Shown piece after piece: positions 29,808 to 40,770 of a DNA stretch of 64,000 nucleotides. The translations under genes and the position numbers were made by a program. Every line of letters begins with the position of its first letter. The first letter of the stretch is position 1. This DNA is from an uncultured Pelagibacteraceae bacterium (GTDB lineage Bacteria > Pseudomonadota > Alphaproteobacteria > Pelagibacterales > AG-422-B15). The notes below the pieces were generated by a model. That model worked only from the letters and a program-made list of their open reading frames with translations, had not been told where the DNA came from and did not search any database. The DNA is taken from the NCBI GenBank assembly GCA_902570675.1, contig CACFYZ010000003.1, positions 10,066-74,065 on the forward strand. The letters are read 5' to 3'.

Positions 29808-31985
29808 TTGACTAAATTATTATTTGCATCTTTTGGTATAGCAATCATCTTTACCATCACTGTCGTGACGGTTAATCAATATAATACCAGAAATTATAAG
29901 CCAGAAATTTTTATTGAAATCGAAAAAAATTATTCTTACGAAATCAATCGAGATAAATTTGGTGTGCCACATGTTTATGGTGCTAAAGATAAAGATGCTG
30001 CCTTTGCCTTTGCTTTAGCGCAAGCTGAAGATGACCTAGAGCATGTTGAAATGATGATGAAAATGTCTCGTGGAGAACTCTCAAATTTTACCATTAATTC
30101 AAATTCTATTGCTGCACTCTATACACTGATCACAGGCAAAGGAGATATTTTAGAAAACTTGGAAGCAATTGAGGGTGTCGAATTAGATTTTTTATTCAAG
30201 TTCTTTAATGTTAAAGAAACAGTAACACAGAAAATTGACGAAATACCCAATGAGACCATAGAATATATCAAAGGCTACGCTGATGGTCTTAATTTTTATG
30301 CAGCAAAAAATCCTAATTTAGTTGACCAATCCTTGTACCCCGCAACAGTCAGGGATCTTGTAGCAGGAATGACATTTAGAATGCCTTTATTCTATGGAAT
30401 TGATCATTCTATTTCTGAACTAATAAGTTTAATGGATGATGAAGTCAAAGAAGTTGTTAGAGTAAATAACGCTCTTTCCAATAATCATGTTGTTGCCAGT
30501 ATTAATTCATATTTCAAACCATCTGGTTCAAATGCCTTTGCTGTTGCAAAAAGTAGGTCACAAGATAATGAAACATTACTTGTTATTAATTCTCATCAAC
30601 CTCTAACCGGCCCTGTTGCTTGGTATGAAATTCATTTAAAAAGTGATGAAGGTTTGAATATTATGGGAGGCACATTTCCAGGATCTCCATTTATTCACGT
30701 TGGATTTAACGAAAACCTTGGGTGGGGTGCAACCGTAAACCAACCTGATTTAGCAGATATTTATAAATTAGATTTAAATCCACGTGACAATAATCAATAT
30801 CTATTGGATGGAAAATGGGAAAATTTCAAAGAAATTAATCAAAATTTTAAAGTAAAATTATTTGGACCTTTTAGTATTAACTATCCAATCCCGATGCATT
30901 ATTCAAAACACGGTCCAGTACTAAAAGATAACAATAAAGCTTATGCCTTAAGGTTTGTTGGTATGCATGATGTAAATCACTCAACCGCATGGTTAAAAAT
31001 GAATAAATCAAAAAATTTAAGTCAATGGTTAGAAGCCTTAAAGATGCAAGAGATAGCTAGTCTAAATTTAGTTTATGCCGATAAAGAAGATAATATTTAT
31101 TTTGTTCACAACGTAAAATCTCCAATACGTAATTCAAACTATGATTGGAAGAAAGTTTTACCTGGAAATGATAGTAGTTTGATTTGGATGGAGTTTCATC
31201 CTTTTGAAAATATACCTCAGATATTAAATCCAAGTTCAGGGTATATATTTAGTACTAACCAAAATCCTTTTTTTGTGACTGCCAATGAGAATAATCTTAT
31301 GCCTGAAAATTATAATCCAACGATGGGCTTTCAAACTAGAATAACAAACCGAGCATATAGAGCTTATGAATTACTCGATAAGGATACATCGATATCATTT
31401 AATGAAATCAGTCAATACAAGCACGATAACAAATTTTCTTATAACTCACGACAATATCGATTCATGAGTGAAATATTTAATCATAAATTCTCTGATAAAA
31501 AATTAATAAATGCACAAGAATTTTTAGCTGAATGGGACTTAGGAACAGACTCTAATAATTTACACGCTGCTTTTGGCGTTTGCATACTATCTCCTGAATG
31601 GTTAGCGGAAATAACGCGAGAACCTCAACCAGATCCTATTTTGACGTTTACAAATTGCGTAGACGAATTTTATAAAAATTTTGGCACACTAAGTATCAAG
31701 TGGAGTGAAGTTAATTTTCTCGAAAGAGGCTCAAAATTAGTCCATATTCAAGGAGGTCCAGATGTATTACGAGCCATTTATGCTCCTAGGAGTGAGGATG
31801 GAATTTTAAAAGCGGTTGCAGGTGATGGACTCTATATACACTTAAAATGGGACAGAAACAAAAAACAGATTTCAAAAAGTATACATCAATTTGGCAGTGC
31901 TACGATGAATGTGAATTCACCTCATTACGATGATCAAATCAACTTATTTGCTAATGAGGAATTAAAGGATACTTTTTTTAATTGA
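29808..31985 (+). CDS. Penicillin acylase family Ntn-hydrolase (S45), N-terminally anchored
   Basis: RDKFGVPHVY, AQAED, GSNAFAV (catalytic Ser), INSHQP, WYE.HL; hydrophobic N-terminus. Confidence 0.88.
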   Translation: MTKLLFASFGIAIIFTITVVTVNQYNTRNYKPEIFIEIEKNYSYEINRDKFGVPHVYGAKDKDAAFAFALAQAEDDLEHVEMMMKMSRGELSNFTINSNSIAALYTLITGKGDILENLEAIEGVELDFLFKFFNVKETVTQKIDEIPNETIEYIKGYADGLNFYAAKNPNLVDQSLYPATVRDLVAGMTFRMPLFYGIDHSISELISLMDDEVKEVVRVNNALSNNHVVASINSYFKPSGSNAFAVAKSRSQDNETLLVINSHQPLTGPVAWYEIHLKSDEGLNIMGGTFPGSPFIHVGFNENLGWGATVNQPDLADIYKLDLNPRDNNQYLLDGKWENFKEINQNFKVKLFGPFSINYPIPMHYSKHGPVLKDNNKAYALRFVGMHDVNHSTAWLKMNKSKNLSQWLEALKMQEIASLNLVYADKEDNIYFVHNVKSPIRNSNYDWKKVLPGNDSSLIWMEFHPFENIPQILNPSSGYIFSTNQNPFFVTANENNLMPENYNPTMGFQTRITNRAYRAYELLDKDTSISFNEISQYKHDNKFSYNSRQYRFMSEIFNHKFSDKKLINAQEFLAEWDLGTDSNNLHAAFGVCILSPEWLAEITREPQPDPILTFTNCVDEFYKNFGTLSIKWSEVNFLERGSKLVHIQGGPDVLRAIYAPRSEDGILKAVAGDGLYIHLKWDRNKKQISKSIHQFGSATMNVNSPHYDDQINLFANEELKDTFFN

Positions 31986-32022
31986 ACTTGTAGAAAAAAA
32001 ATAAATATATAAAATTTTAGAT

Positions 32023-33588
32023 ATGTTATTACATGAGCATTTAGAAAAAGGCGCAGAAAAAAAACCTAATTTTTCTTTTTCTGAGTTTGAAAATAAAAGT
32101 TTGTCTTATCATGAGGCAAATTTACTAAGTAATAAGTTAGCAAACAAATTAGTTGACGAAGGTTTACAAGTTGGTGACCGTTTTGCATTTCTGGCAAAAA
32201 ATTGTACTGAAATGGCAATTATGTATTACGCAGCTTCCAAAGTGGGAGTAGTGCCTGTGCCTCTTAATTATCGATTAGCAGATCAAGAATGGTCTTACAT
32301 TATTAATGACTCGAAAGCTAAGCTTATAATCGTAAAAGGAAATGAATACGCAAATAGAATTAATATGATTAAATCAGAATTATTGGATGTAAAAAAATAT
32401 GTTTCAATAGAGTTGGAAGAACCAATCAATGATTTTAGTGATTTTTATAATTGGATTTCAGATAGTTCAGAGACAAAACCAACAAGAAACGTCATCGAGG
32501 AAGACGATGTCTATCAAATGTATACAAGTGGAACAACAGGTCATCCAAAAGGGGCAATTCTCCTTCAAAGAAATGTCGCAGCAAATATAAGGCAATATTT
32601 AGATAGACTAACTTTACCAAATCCATCAAGGACTCTTCTTGTAGCACCAATGTACCATGCTGCAGCCATGATTAATATGTGCGGTTGTATAGCACTTGGT
32701 GGAACAATTGTGATTCAAGAAGATTTTATTCCTCAAAATGTTGTTGATTGTTTAGCAAATGAAAAAATTACACATACAGTGCTGGTCCCTGCAATGATAC
32801 AGGCCTGCCTTGTCTCAGTTCCCAATGTTGAAAGCAACGAGTATAGTAACTTAGATCAAATACATTACGGTGCTTCACCTATTGCTCCAGAGACACTCAA
32901 AAGAGCAATGGATGTATTTAAATGTAAATTCGGGCAGGGATTTGGGATGACAGAAACTGTTGCCGTAATCTGCCTTATGACGCCTGAGGAACATATTAGA
33001 GCGCTTAATGAAAAACCAGAATTACTTAAATCTTGTGGTAGGCCAGCAATTGATACTCAAGTTGAAATTAGAGATGATGACGATAATCCTTTACCAATTG
33101 GAGAGGTTGGTCAAATCTGTGCGAAAGGCCCTCAAATTATGAAAGGCTATTGGAATAAAGATGAGGAGAGTCAAAAAGCACTTAAAGGTGGCTGGATGCA
33201 TACTGGGGATGCAGGACGAATGGATGAAGAAGGATTCGTATTTATACAAGATAGGATAAAGGATATGATTGTTTCTGGTGGAGAAAATATTTATTCTACT
33301 GAAGTAGAGGCAGCTTTATTTGCTCATCCAGATGTTTTAGATGCAGCCGTGATCGGAATTCCAGATGAAAAATACGGTGAGGTTGTAAAGGCCTGCATTG
33401 TTAAAAAAGAAGGATCCAAAATTAGTGAGGATGATTTAATTAATTTTTGTAAAGATAGAATAGCGAGTTATAAAAAGCCTCAATCGATTGATTTCATCGA
33501 TGAGGTGCCCAGAAATGCAAGCGGGAAAGTATTAAAAAAAGTGCTAAGAGAACCGTATTGGAAGGGTCAAGATCGTCAGGTAAGTTAG
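32023..33588 (+). CDS. Long-chain fatty acid--CoA ligase family protein
   Basis: YTSGTTGHPKG, GFGMTE, HTGD, DRIKDMIVSGGENIY, PRNASGKVLK. Confidence 0.9.
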   Translation: MLLHEHLEKGAEKKPNFSFSEFENKSLSYHEANLLSNKLANKLVDEGLQVGDRFAFLAKNCTEMAIMYYAASKVGVVPVPLNYRLADQEWSYIINDSKAKLIIVKGNEYANRINMIKSELLDVKKYVSIELEEPINDFSDFYNWISDSSETKPTRNVIEEDDVYQMYTSGTTGHPKGAILLQRNVAANIRQYLDRLTLPNPSRTLLVAPMYHAAAMINMCGCIALGGTIVIQEDFIPQNVVDCLANEKITHTVLVPAMIQACLVSVPNVESNEYSNLDQIHYGASPIAPETLKRAMDVFKCKFGQGFGMTETVAVICLMTPEEHIRALNEKPELLKSCGRPAIDTQVEIRDDDDNPLPIGEVGQICAKGPQIMKGYWNKDEESQKALKGGWMHTGDAGRMDEEGFVFIQDRIKDMIVSGGENIYSTEVEAALFAHPDVLDAAVIGIPDEKYGEVVKACIVKKEGSKISEDDLINFCKDRIASYKKPQSIDFIDEVPRNASGKVLKKVLREPYWKGQDRQVS

Positions 33589-35033
33589 GCTGTAGCCGTG
33601 CCACCGACAGTCAAATTTTCAATTAACATTGTCGGCTGTCCAACACCAACTGGCACACTCTGACCATCTTTTCCACAAGTTCCTATTCCAGTATCCATTT
33701 TAGAGTCATTGCCTACCATTTTTACTCGGTTTAATACATCTGGACCATTTCCAATCAATGTGGCGCCTTTTACTGGATTTGTTACTTTTCCATCTTCAAT
33801 TTTGTATGCCTCTGTGCAGGTAAATACAAATTTTCCACTTGTAATGTCTACCTGACCTCCGCCAAAATCAACAGCATATAAACCATTTTTAACAGTCTTA
33901 AGAATTTCTTCAGGGTGACGATTGCCCGAAAGCATATAAGTGTTAGTCATCCGAGGCATTGGAAGATGGGCATAACTTTCTCGTCTGCCGTTACCTGTGG
34001 GGCTAACGCCCATTAATTTTGAATTCAACCTGTCTTGCATATAGCCGGTTAATATTCCATTCTCAATCAACGTCGTACAGTTTGTTGGAGTACCTTCGTC
34101 ATCAACACTTAATGAACCCCTACGAGAATCAATGGTTCCATCATCAACGACTGTAACTGACTTATCAGCAATTTTTTCACCCATTAAATTAGAGAATGCA
34201 GATGTTTTTTTTCTATTAAAATCGCCCTCTAGGCCATGTCCTATTGCTTCATGCAGCAGAACACCAGGATATCCAGGACCCAATACAACATCCATTTCAC
34301 CTGCAGGTGTATCAATTGAAGTGAGATTAATCTCGGCTTGATTTATAGCTTCATCAACTTGGTTTTGCCAATGAGAAGCTTCAAGAAATTTTGCATAATC
34401 AACCCTACCACCAGAGCCTCTGCTTCCATTTTCTTGCCGACCATCTTTTTCAAGAACGATAGAAATGTAAAGCCTAACTAATGGACGTAAATCTTCAATC
34501 ATGATTCCGCCGGGCCTATAAATTCTCACAGCCTGCCACTCTCCATTTAGTGAGGCTGAAACCTGTTTTACATTAGGGTTTTTAGAACGAGCATATTCGT
34601 CAATTTTTTTTAGCACATCCACTTTTTCAGAGAAATCTGTTTCATTGATAGGGTTAATTTCATGGTAAAGTTTTCTATTGGTTTTTGAAAAGTTTGCATT
34701 AAAGTTTGCATTATTGTCTTTAGTAATAAAGTTTACAGTATCACTTGCTTTCCTTAATGAACTTTCATCTATGTCGGATGAGTGAGCATAACCTGAACTT
34801 TCGCCAGCAATTGCCCTTAAGCCAAATCCTTTTGATGTATCAAATGATGCACTTTTTAATCTCTGGTCATCATAGACAAAACTCTCACTTTCACAGAATT
34901 CCATAAACAGTTCTCCATCATCTGCTTTATGTAAAGCGTCTGAGACTATATTATCGACCTTTTTATTGTCTAAATTGCTGCGGGTGAAGAATAGACTGTC
35001 GTTAGAGTGATTCTTAATTTTGTTATCATTCAT
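33585..35033 (-). CDS. tldD: Metalloprotease TldD
   Basis: LLHEAIGHGLEGDFNRK, PRMTNTYM, CGKDGQSVPVGVGQP. Confidence 0.95.
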   Translation of the reverse strand: MNDNKIKNHSNDSLFFTRSNLDNKKVDNIVSDALHKADDGELFMEFCESESFVYDDQRLKSASFDTSKGFGLRAIAGESSGYAHSSDIDESSLRKASDTVNFITKDNNANFNANFSKTNRKLYHEINPINETDFSEKVDVLKKIDEYARSKNPNVKQVSASLNGEWQAVRIYRPGGIMIEDLRPLVRLYISIVLEKDGRQENGSRGSGGRVDYAKFLEASHWQNQVDEAINQAEINLTSIDTPAGEMDVVLGPGYPGVLLHEAIGHGLEGDFNRKKTSAFSNLMGEKIADKSVTVVDDGTIDSRRGSLSVDDEGTPTNCTTLIENGILTGYMQDRLNSKLMGVSPTGNGRRESYAHLPMPRMTNTYMLSGNRHPEEILKTVKNGLYAVDFGGGQVDITSGKFVFTCTEAYKIEDGKVTNPVKGATLIGNGPDVLNRVKMVGNDSKMDTGIGTCGKDGQSVPVGVGQPTMLIENLTVGGTATA

Positions 35034-35104
35034 AGATTATAAAATATTATATTTAGTTTGTTATTACAAAATATATCAAGAAAACGCTGAAAACTAGCAA
35101 AAAT

Positions 35105-35121
35105 TGCGTCAAACTGTCGCA
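35105..35121 (+). promoter_or_regulatory. Putative RegA/PrrA (RegR) binding site upstream of coxB
   Basis: TGCGTC-AAACT-GTCGCA matches the GCGNC-N5-GNCGC consensus; a GC-rich island in an AT-rich spacer. Confidence 0.65.
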
Positions 35122-35197
35122 AAATTATGAGTAGTTAACAGCATTTTAAGCAGTATATTAACTAGTAACTAATTAGCAAAATTCAATAAAATACTAA

Positions 35198-36025
35198 ATG
35201 AATCACATTATTAAAATATTGTTTTTTTTAATTATTTCCACTTCGGCATTCGCTAATGAGGGAATATCTGAAAATTGGCAATTAAGTTTCCAACAACCAG
35301 CAACTGACTTGATGTCAGATATTATCTCTTTTCACAGTTATATCCTCATGCCTATCATCACTGGAATATCCTTATTAGTTTTAGGTCTTTTACTCTACAT
35401 TATGTTCAGATTTAACAGTAACCGTAATCAGATAGCTTCAACAACTACACATAATACGACGATTGAAATACTATGGACTGTTATACCTGTTATACTTTTA
35501 ATTATAATTGCAATCCCATCATTTAGATTATTATATGTTTCTGAGACTATACCGAAAGCTGATTTAACAATTAAAGCAATTGGCAATCAATGGTACTGGA
35601 CGTATGAATATCCGGACTTTGATGACATATCTTTTGATGCAAACATGCTTCTCGAACACGAACTTTCGGACCCTAAATTAAGATTATTAGAAACTGATAC
35701 TCAAATAGTAGTACCGGTAGATAAAGTTGTAAAACTTCAGATCACCTCAGCTGATGTATTGCATGCTTGGACAATACCTGCTTTTGGAGTTAAAATGGAT
35801 GCAGTACCTGGAAGACTTAATGAGACATGGTTTAAGGCAAATAAAGAAGGTATTTATTATGGTCAGTGTTCTGAACTTTGTGGTCCAAAACATGCGTTTA
35901 TGCCAATTAATGTAAAGGTCGTATCAGATAAAGAATTTGAGGAATGGTTAAATTTTGCAAAATCTGAATATGCATCTATAAAAGTTGATTATTCTATAGA
36001 TGTATTTGAAATGGCCAAAAAATAG
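35198..36025 (+). CDS. coxB: Cytochrome c oxidase subunit II
   Basis: IEILWT, QWYWTYEY, DVLHAW, CuA motif CSELCGPKHAFM. Confidence 0.96.
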   Translation: MNHIIKILFFLIISTSAFANEGISENWQLSFQQPATDLMSDIISFHSYILMPIITGISLLVLGLLLYIMFRFNSNRNQIASTTTHNTTIEILWTVIPVILLIIIAIPSFRLLYVSETIPKADLTIKAIGNQWYWTYEYPDFDDISFDANMLLEHELSDPKLRLLETDTQIVVPVDKVVKLQITSADVLHAWTIPAFGVKMDAVPGRLNETWFKANKEGIYYGQCSELCGPKHAFMPINVKVVSDKEFEEWLNFAKSEYASIKVDYSIDVFEMAKK

Positions 36026-36054
36026 AATATTTTAGATACAGGAGATAATTGTAA

Positions 36055-37665
<1,611 letters not shown>

Positions 37666-37673
37666 AATACACA

Positions 37674-38603
37674 ATGGCAAATGTAACCTCAGTTTCTAAT
37701 AAACAGGAATTCGGGCTTAGTAAACACATCCTTAAAGTAGCTCAGTACATTTCTCTTTTAAAACCAAGAGTAATGTCATTATCAATATTTACAAGTTTTG
37801 TTGGCATGATAATAGCGCCAGGTAGTTTAAGCATTGTTACAGGGTTTCTAGCCATACTTGCTATTTCAATTGGTTCCGGAGCATCTGGTGCTTTAAACAT
37901 GTGGTATGAGCGAGATACTGATAAGTTAATGAATAGAACTAAAGAAAGGGTATTGCCAAGAAATAAAATAAGTTCCAATGGGGCTCTTATTTTTGGACTT
38001 TTGCTCTCAATTTTTTCTGTTGTCTTACTTTTTTATGCATCAAATATAGCAGCTGCTTGTCTTCTTATGCTAACGATAACTTTTTATATTTTTGTCTATA
38101 CAATCTGGTTAAAAAAAAGAACGCCACAAAATATAGTTATTGGTGGAGCTGCAGGAGCTTTCCCCCCAATGATTGGGTGGTCAGTGGTCACTGGAAGTAT
38201 TTCTTATGAAATATGTTTACTATTTTTGTTAATTTTTCTTTGGACACCTCCCCACTTCTGGGCGCTAGCCCTCTATAAATCCAATGATTACAAAAATGCA
38301 GGTATTCCGATGATGCCGTTAGTTGTTGGAAAACGTAAAACAATCAATCTCATAATCTTATATTCGCTGTCTCTTTTGCCGGTAACATTAATAATGAGCT
38401 CTTATTATTCTTTATTCTTTGGGATTTTATCAACAGCCTTGAGTGGAATTTTTGTATATTTGGCGTTTGATCTACGAAAATCATATCTTCAAAAAAGACT
38501 TTTTGAGAAAAAGGCGCAAATGCTTTTTTATTTTTCAATTATCTATTTATTTAATGTTTTTTCTATACTTTTAATAGATAACTTACTTTGGAATATTTCA
38601 TAA
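37674..38603 (+). CDS. ctaB: Protoheme IX farnesyltransferase (heme o synthase)
   Basis: LKPRVM, D..M.RT..R, LKKRTPQNIVIGG, WTPPHFWAL. Confidence 0.94.
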   Translation: MANVTSVSNKQEFGLSKHILKVAQYISLLKPRVMSLSIFTSFVGMIIAPGSLSIVTGFLAILAISIGSGASGALNMWYERDTDKLMNRTKERVLPRNKISSNGALIFGLLLSIFSVVLLFYASNIAAACLLMLTITFYIFVYTIWLKKRTPQNIVIGGAAGAFPPMIGWSVVTGSISYEICLLFLLIFLWTPPHFWALALYKSNDYKNAGIPMMPLVVGKRKTINLIILYSLSLLPVTLIMSSYYSLFFGILSTALSGIFVYLAFDLRKSYLQKRLFEKKAQMLFYFSIIYLFNVFSILLIDNLLWNIS

Positions 38604-38707
38604 TGAATAAAAATACAAAGAGAAAAAACTTAATAACAGCATTAATACTTGTTTTTTTTGTAGCTCTCTTCTTTTCCTACACAGTTTATCAGTTGAGTAA
38701 TATTTAA
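38603..38707 (+). CDS. 34-aa single-TM protein of the cox operon (CoxF-like), not in the ORF track
   Basis: MNKNTKRKNLITALILVFFVALFFSYTVYQLSNI*; TAATG coupling to ctaB, stop abuts the ctaG ATG. Confidence 0.72.
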   Translation: MNKNTKRKNLITALILVFFVALFFSYTVYQLSNI

Positions 38708-39250
38708 ATGAACAATACTAAATCTTATAATAATAATAGTATAACCGCTCTCTGGCTTATTGGGGTCGTCCTTGCGATGATTGCATTAGCATATGCGTCG
38801 GTACCGTTGTACAACTACTTTTGTAAAGTTACAGGTTTTGGCGGTACGCCAAGTGTTGCTTCATCAGAAAGTATTTACTCTATTGATAAAACAATTGATG
38901 TAAGGTTGGACTCTAATCTTGGCTCTACTTTAGATTGGCAATTTTATCCTGAACAAAGAGTTCATAAAATAAAAATTGGTGAGAACAAACTTATCAATTA
39001 CGTTATTGAAAATAATACAGACCAGACTCTTAGTGGAACTGCTGTATATAATGTTTCTCCAACAGAGGCAGGAAAATATTTTAATAAAATTGAGTGTTTT
39101 TGTTTTCAAGAAACGATGCTTACAGCTAATGAAACTAAAATTATGCCAGTCTCATTTTTTATAGATCCTGAAATCGAAAATGATAAATATATTGCAGATT
39201 TATCTGAAGTGACATTGTCCTATACCTTTTATGAAAACAGTGATACATAG
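38708..39250 (+). CDS. ctaG: Cytochrome c oxidase assembly protein CtaG/Cox11
   Basis: VPLY..FC.VTGFGG, YFNKIECFCF, LSYTF. Confidence 0.95.
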   Translation: MNNTKSYNNNSITALWLIGVVLAMIALAYASVPLYNYFCKVTGFGGTPSVASSESIYSIDKTIDVRLDSNLGSTLDWQFYPEQRVHKIKIGENKLINYVIENNTDQTLSGTAVYNVSPTEAGKYFNKIECFCFQETMLTANETKIMPVSFFIDPEIENDKYIADLSEVTLSYTFYENSDT

Positions 39251-39256
39251 CCTGAC

Positions 39257-40057
39257 ATGAGTTCAGAAAATTCCAAAAGATCTCACGAATATCATTTAGT
39301 TGACCCAAGCCCTTGGCCACTTTTTGCATCTATAGGTTCTCTAATCGCATGTATTGGCGCTGTAATCTATTTTAGATCGGGTGATTTATGGATGATGTTA
39401 ATTGGTCTAGCTATTGTCATATACGTAACATATATGTGGTTTAGAGATGTCATTATCGAAGGTGAGAAACAGGGCCATCATACACCAGTTGTGCAAATTG
39501 GCCTAAGATACGGGATGACTTTATTTATTGCATCTGAAGTGATGTTTTTTGTTGCTTGGTTTTGGGCATACTTTAATGCCAGTCTATTCCCAACTGAGCA
39601 AATTGGCTCAGTTTGGCCACCAGCTGATATCCATTTAATGGATCCATGGCACATACCATTAATAAATACTCTCATTCTTCTTTTATCTGGAACTACAGTA
39701 ACATGGGCTCATCACGCTCTCTTGGAAGGCAATCGTAAAGAATTAATTCAGGGTCTATGGTGCACTGTAGGCTTAGGGGTTATTTTTACAGGTTTCCAAG
39801 TATATGAATATATGCATGCGGATTTTGCTTTTTCGGGGCATATATACGGGGCAACATTTTACATGGCAACAGGCTTCCATGGTTTCCATGTTCTAGTCGG
39901 CACTATTTTTTTAATTGTTTGTTTAGGCCGTTCAATCGCAGGTCATTTTAAATCTGATCATCACTTTGGATTTGAAGCCGCAGCTTGGTATTGGCACTTT
40001 GTTGATGTAGTCTGGCTATTTCTTTTTGCAGCGATTTATGTCTGGGGATCTTATTAA
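39257..40057 (+). CDS. coxC: Cytochrome c oxidase subunit III
   Basis: HLVDPSPWP, FIASEVMFF, ATGFHGFHV, WYWHFVDVVW. Confidence 0.96.
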   Translation: MSSENSKRSHEYHLVDPSPWPLFASIGSLIACIGAVIYFRSGDLWMMLIGLAIVIYVTYMWFRDVIIEGEKQGHHTPVVQIGLRYGMTLFIASEVMFFVAWFWAYFNASLFPTEQIGSVWPPADIHLMDPWHIPLINTLILLLSGTTVTWAHHALLEGNRKELIQGLWCTVGLGVIFTGFQVYEYMHADFAFSGHIYGATFYMATGFHGFHVLVGTIFLIVCLGRSIAGHFKSDHHFGFEAAAWYWHFVDVVWLFLFAAIYVWGSY

Positions 40058-40071
40058 ATTAAAATAGTCTT

Positions 40072-40770
40072 TTGATTAAAAACCTCTCCTTTCACTTTAT
40101 TTTTATTTTTACCATTATTTTTTTATTAATGCTTGGTTATTGGCAGACGCAGAGGCTAGAGTGGAAAAATAATTTAATAAACTCAATACAGCAAAACTAT
40201 TCAGAGTACTTAGAAGAATTCCCTTTTCATGTTGATAATTCAAATGAATATGAATTCATGAAGGTTGTAGCAAGTGGATATTTAAAATTTGAAAACACGA
40301 TGTATTTTTACAGATCAAATTTGAATGGTGCCTCTGGTTTTGAATTAATCGTACCTATGCAAACGGAGGAAAATAAATTTGTATATATAATTTTAGGTTG
40401 GATACCATACGAAACAAAACAAAACTTTGATATATCATCATTAGATAATTTTGATTTATTTGAAGCTGAAGGTGCATTGATATATTCGAAAGAGAGAAAG
40501 CCTCTTATTCCACAAAACGACTATGTATCGAATATTTGGTACTTAATGAATACAGAAGAAATGGATCAGTATCATAAAATATCATCAAGTAGGTATATGA
40601 TAAAATTGCTTGATCAAACTAGATTTGAAAACCTTTTAATCGAGTTTGAACCATCTAATATTACCAATAACCATCTTCAGTATGCAGTTACATGGTTTCT
40701 TTTATCAATTGTAATAACTGTAATGTACATGTATTACATTAGGCGAGGAGCGAAGAAAGATGAATTATAA
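40072..40770 (+). CDS. SURF1 family protein
   Basis: LGYWQ.QRL.WK, GWIP, NNHLQYAVTWF. Confidence 0.9.
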   Translation: MIKNLSFHFIFIFTIIFLLMLGYWQTQRLEWKNNLINSIQQNYSEYLEEFPFHVDNSNEYEFMKVVASGYLKFENTMYFYRSNLNGASGFELIVPMQTEENKFVYIILGWIPYETKQNFDISSLDNFDLFEAEGALIYSKERKPLIPQNDYVSNIWYLMNTEEMDQYHKISSSRYMIKLLDQTRFENLLIEFEPSNITNNHLQYAVTWFLLSIVITVMYMYYIRRGAKKDEL

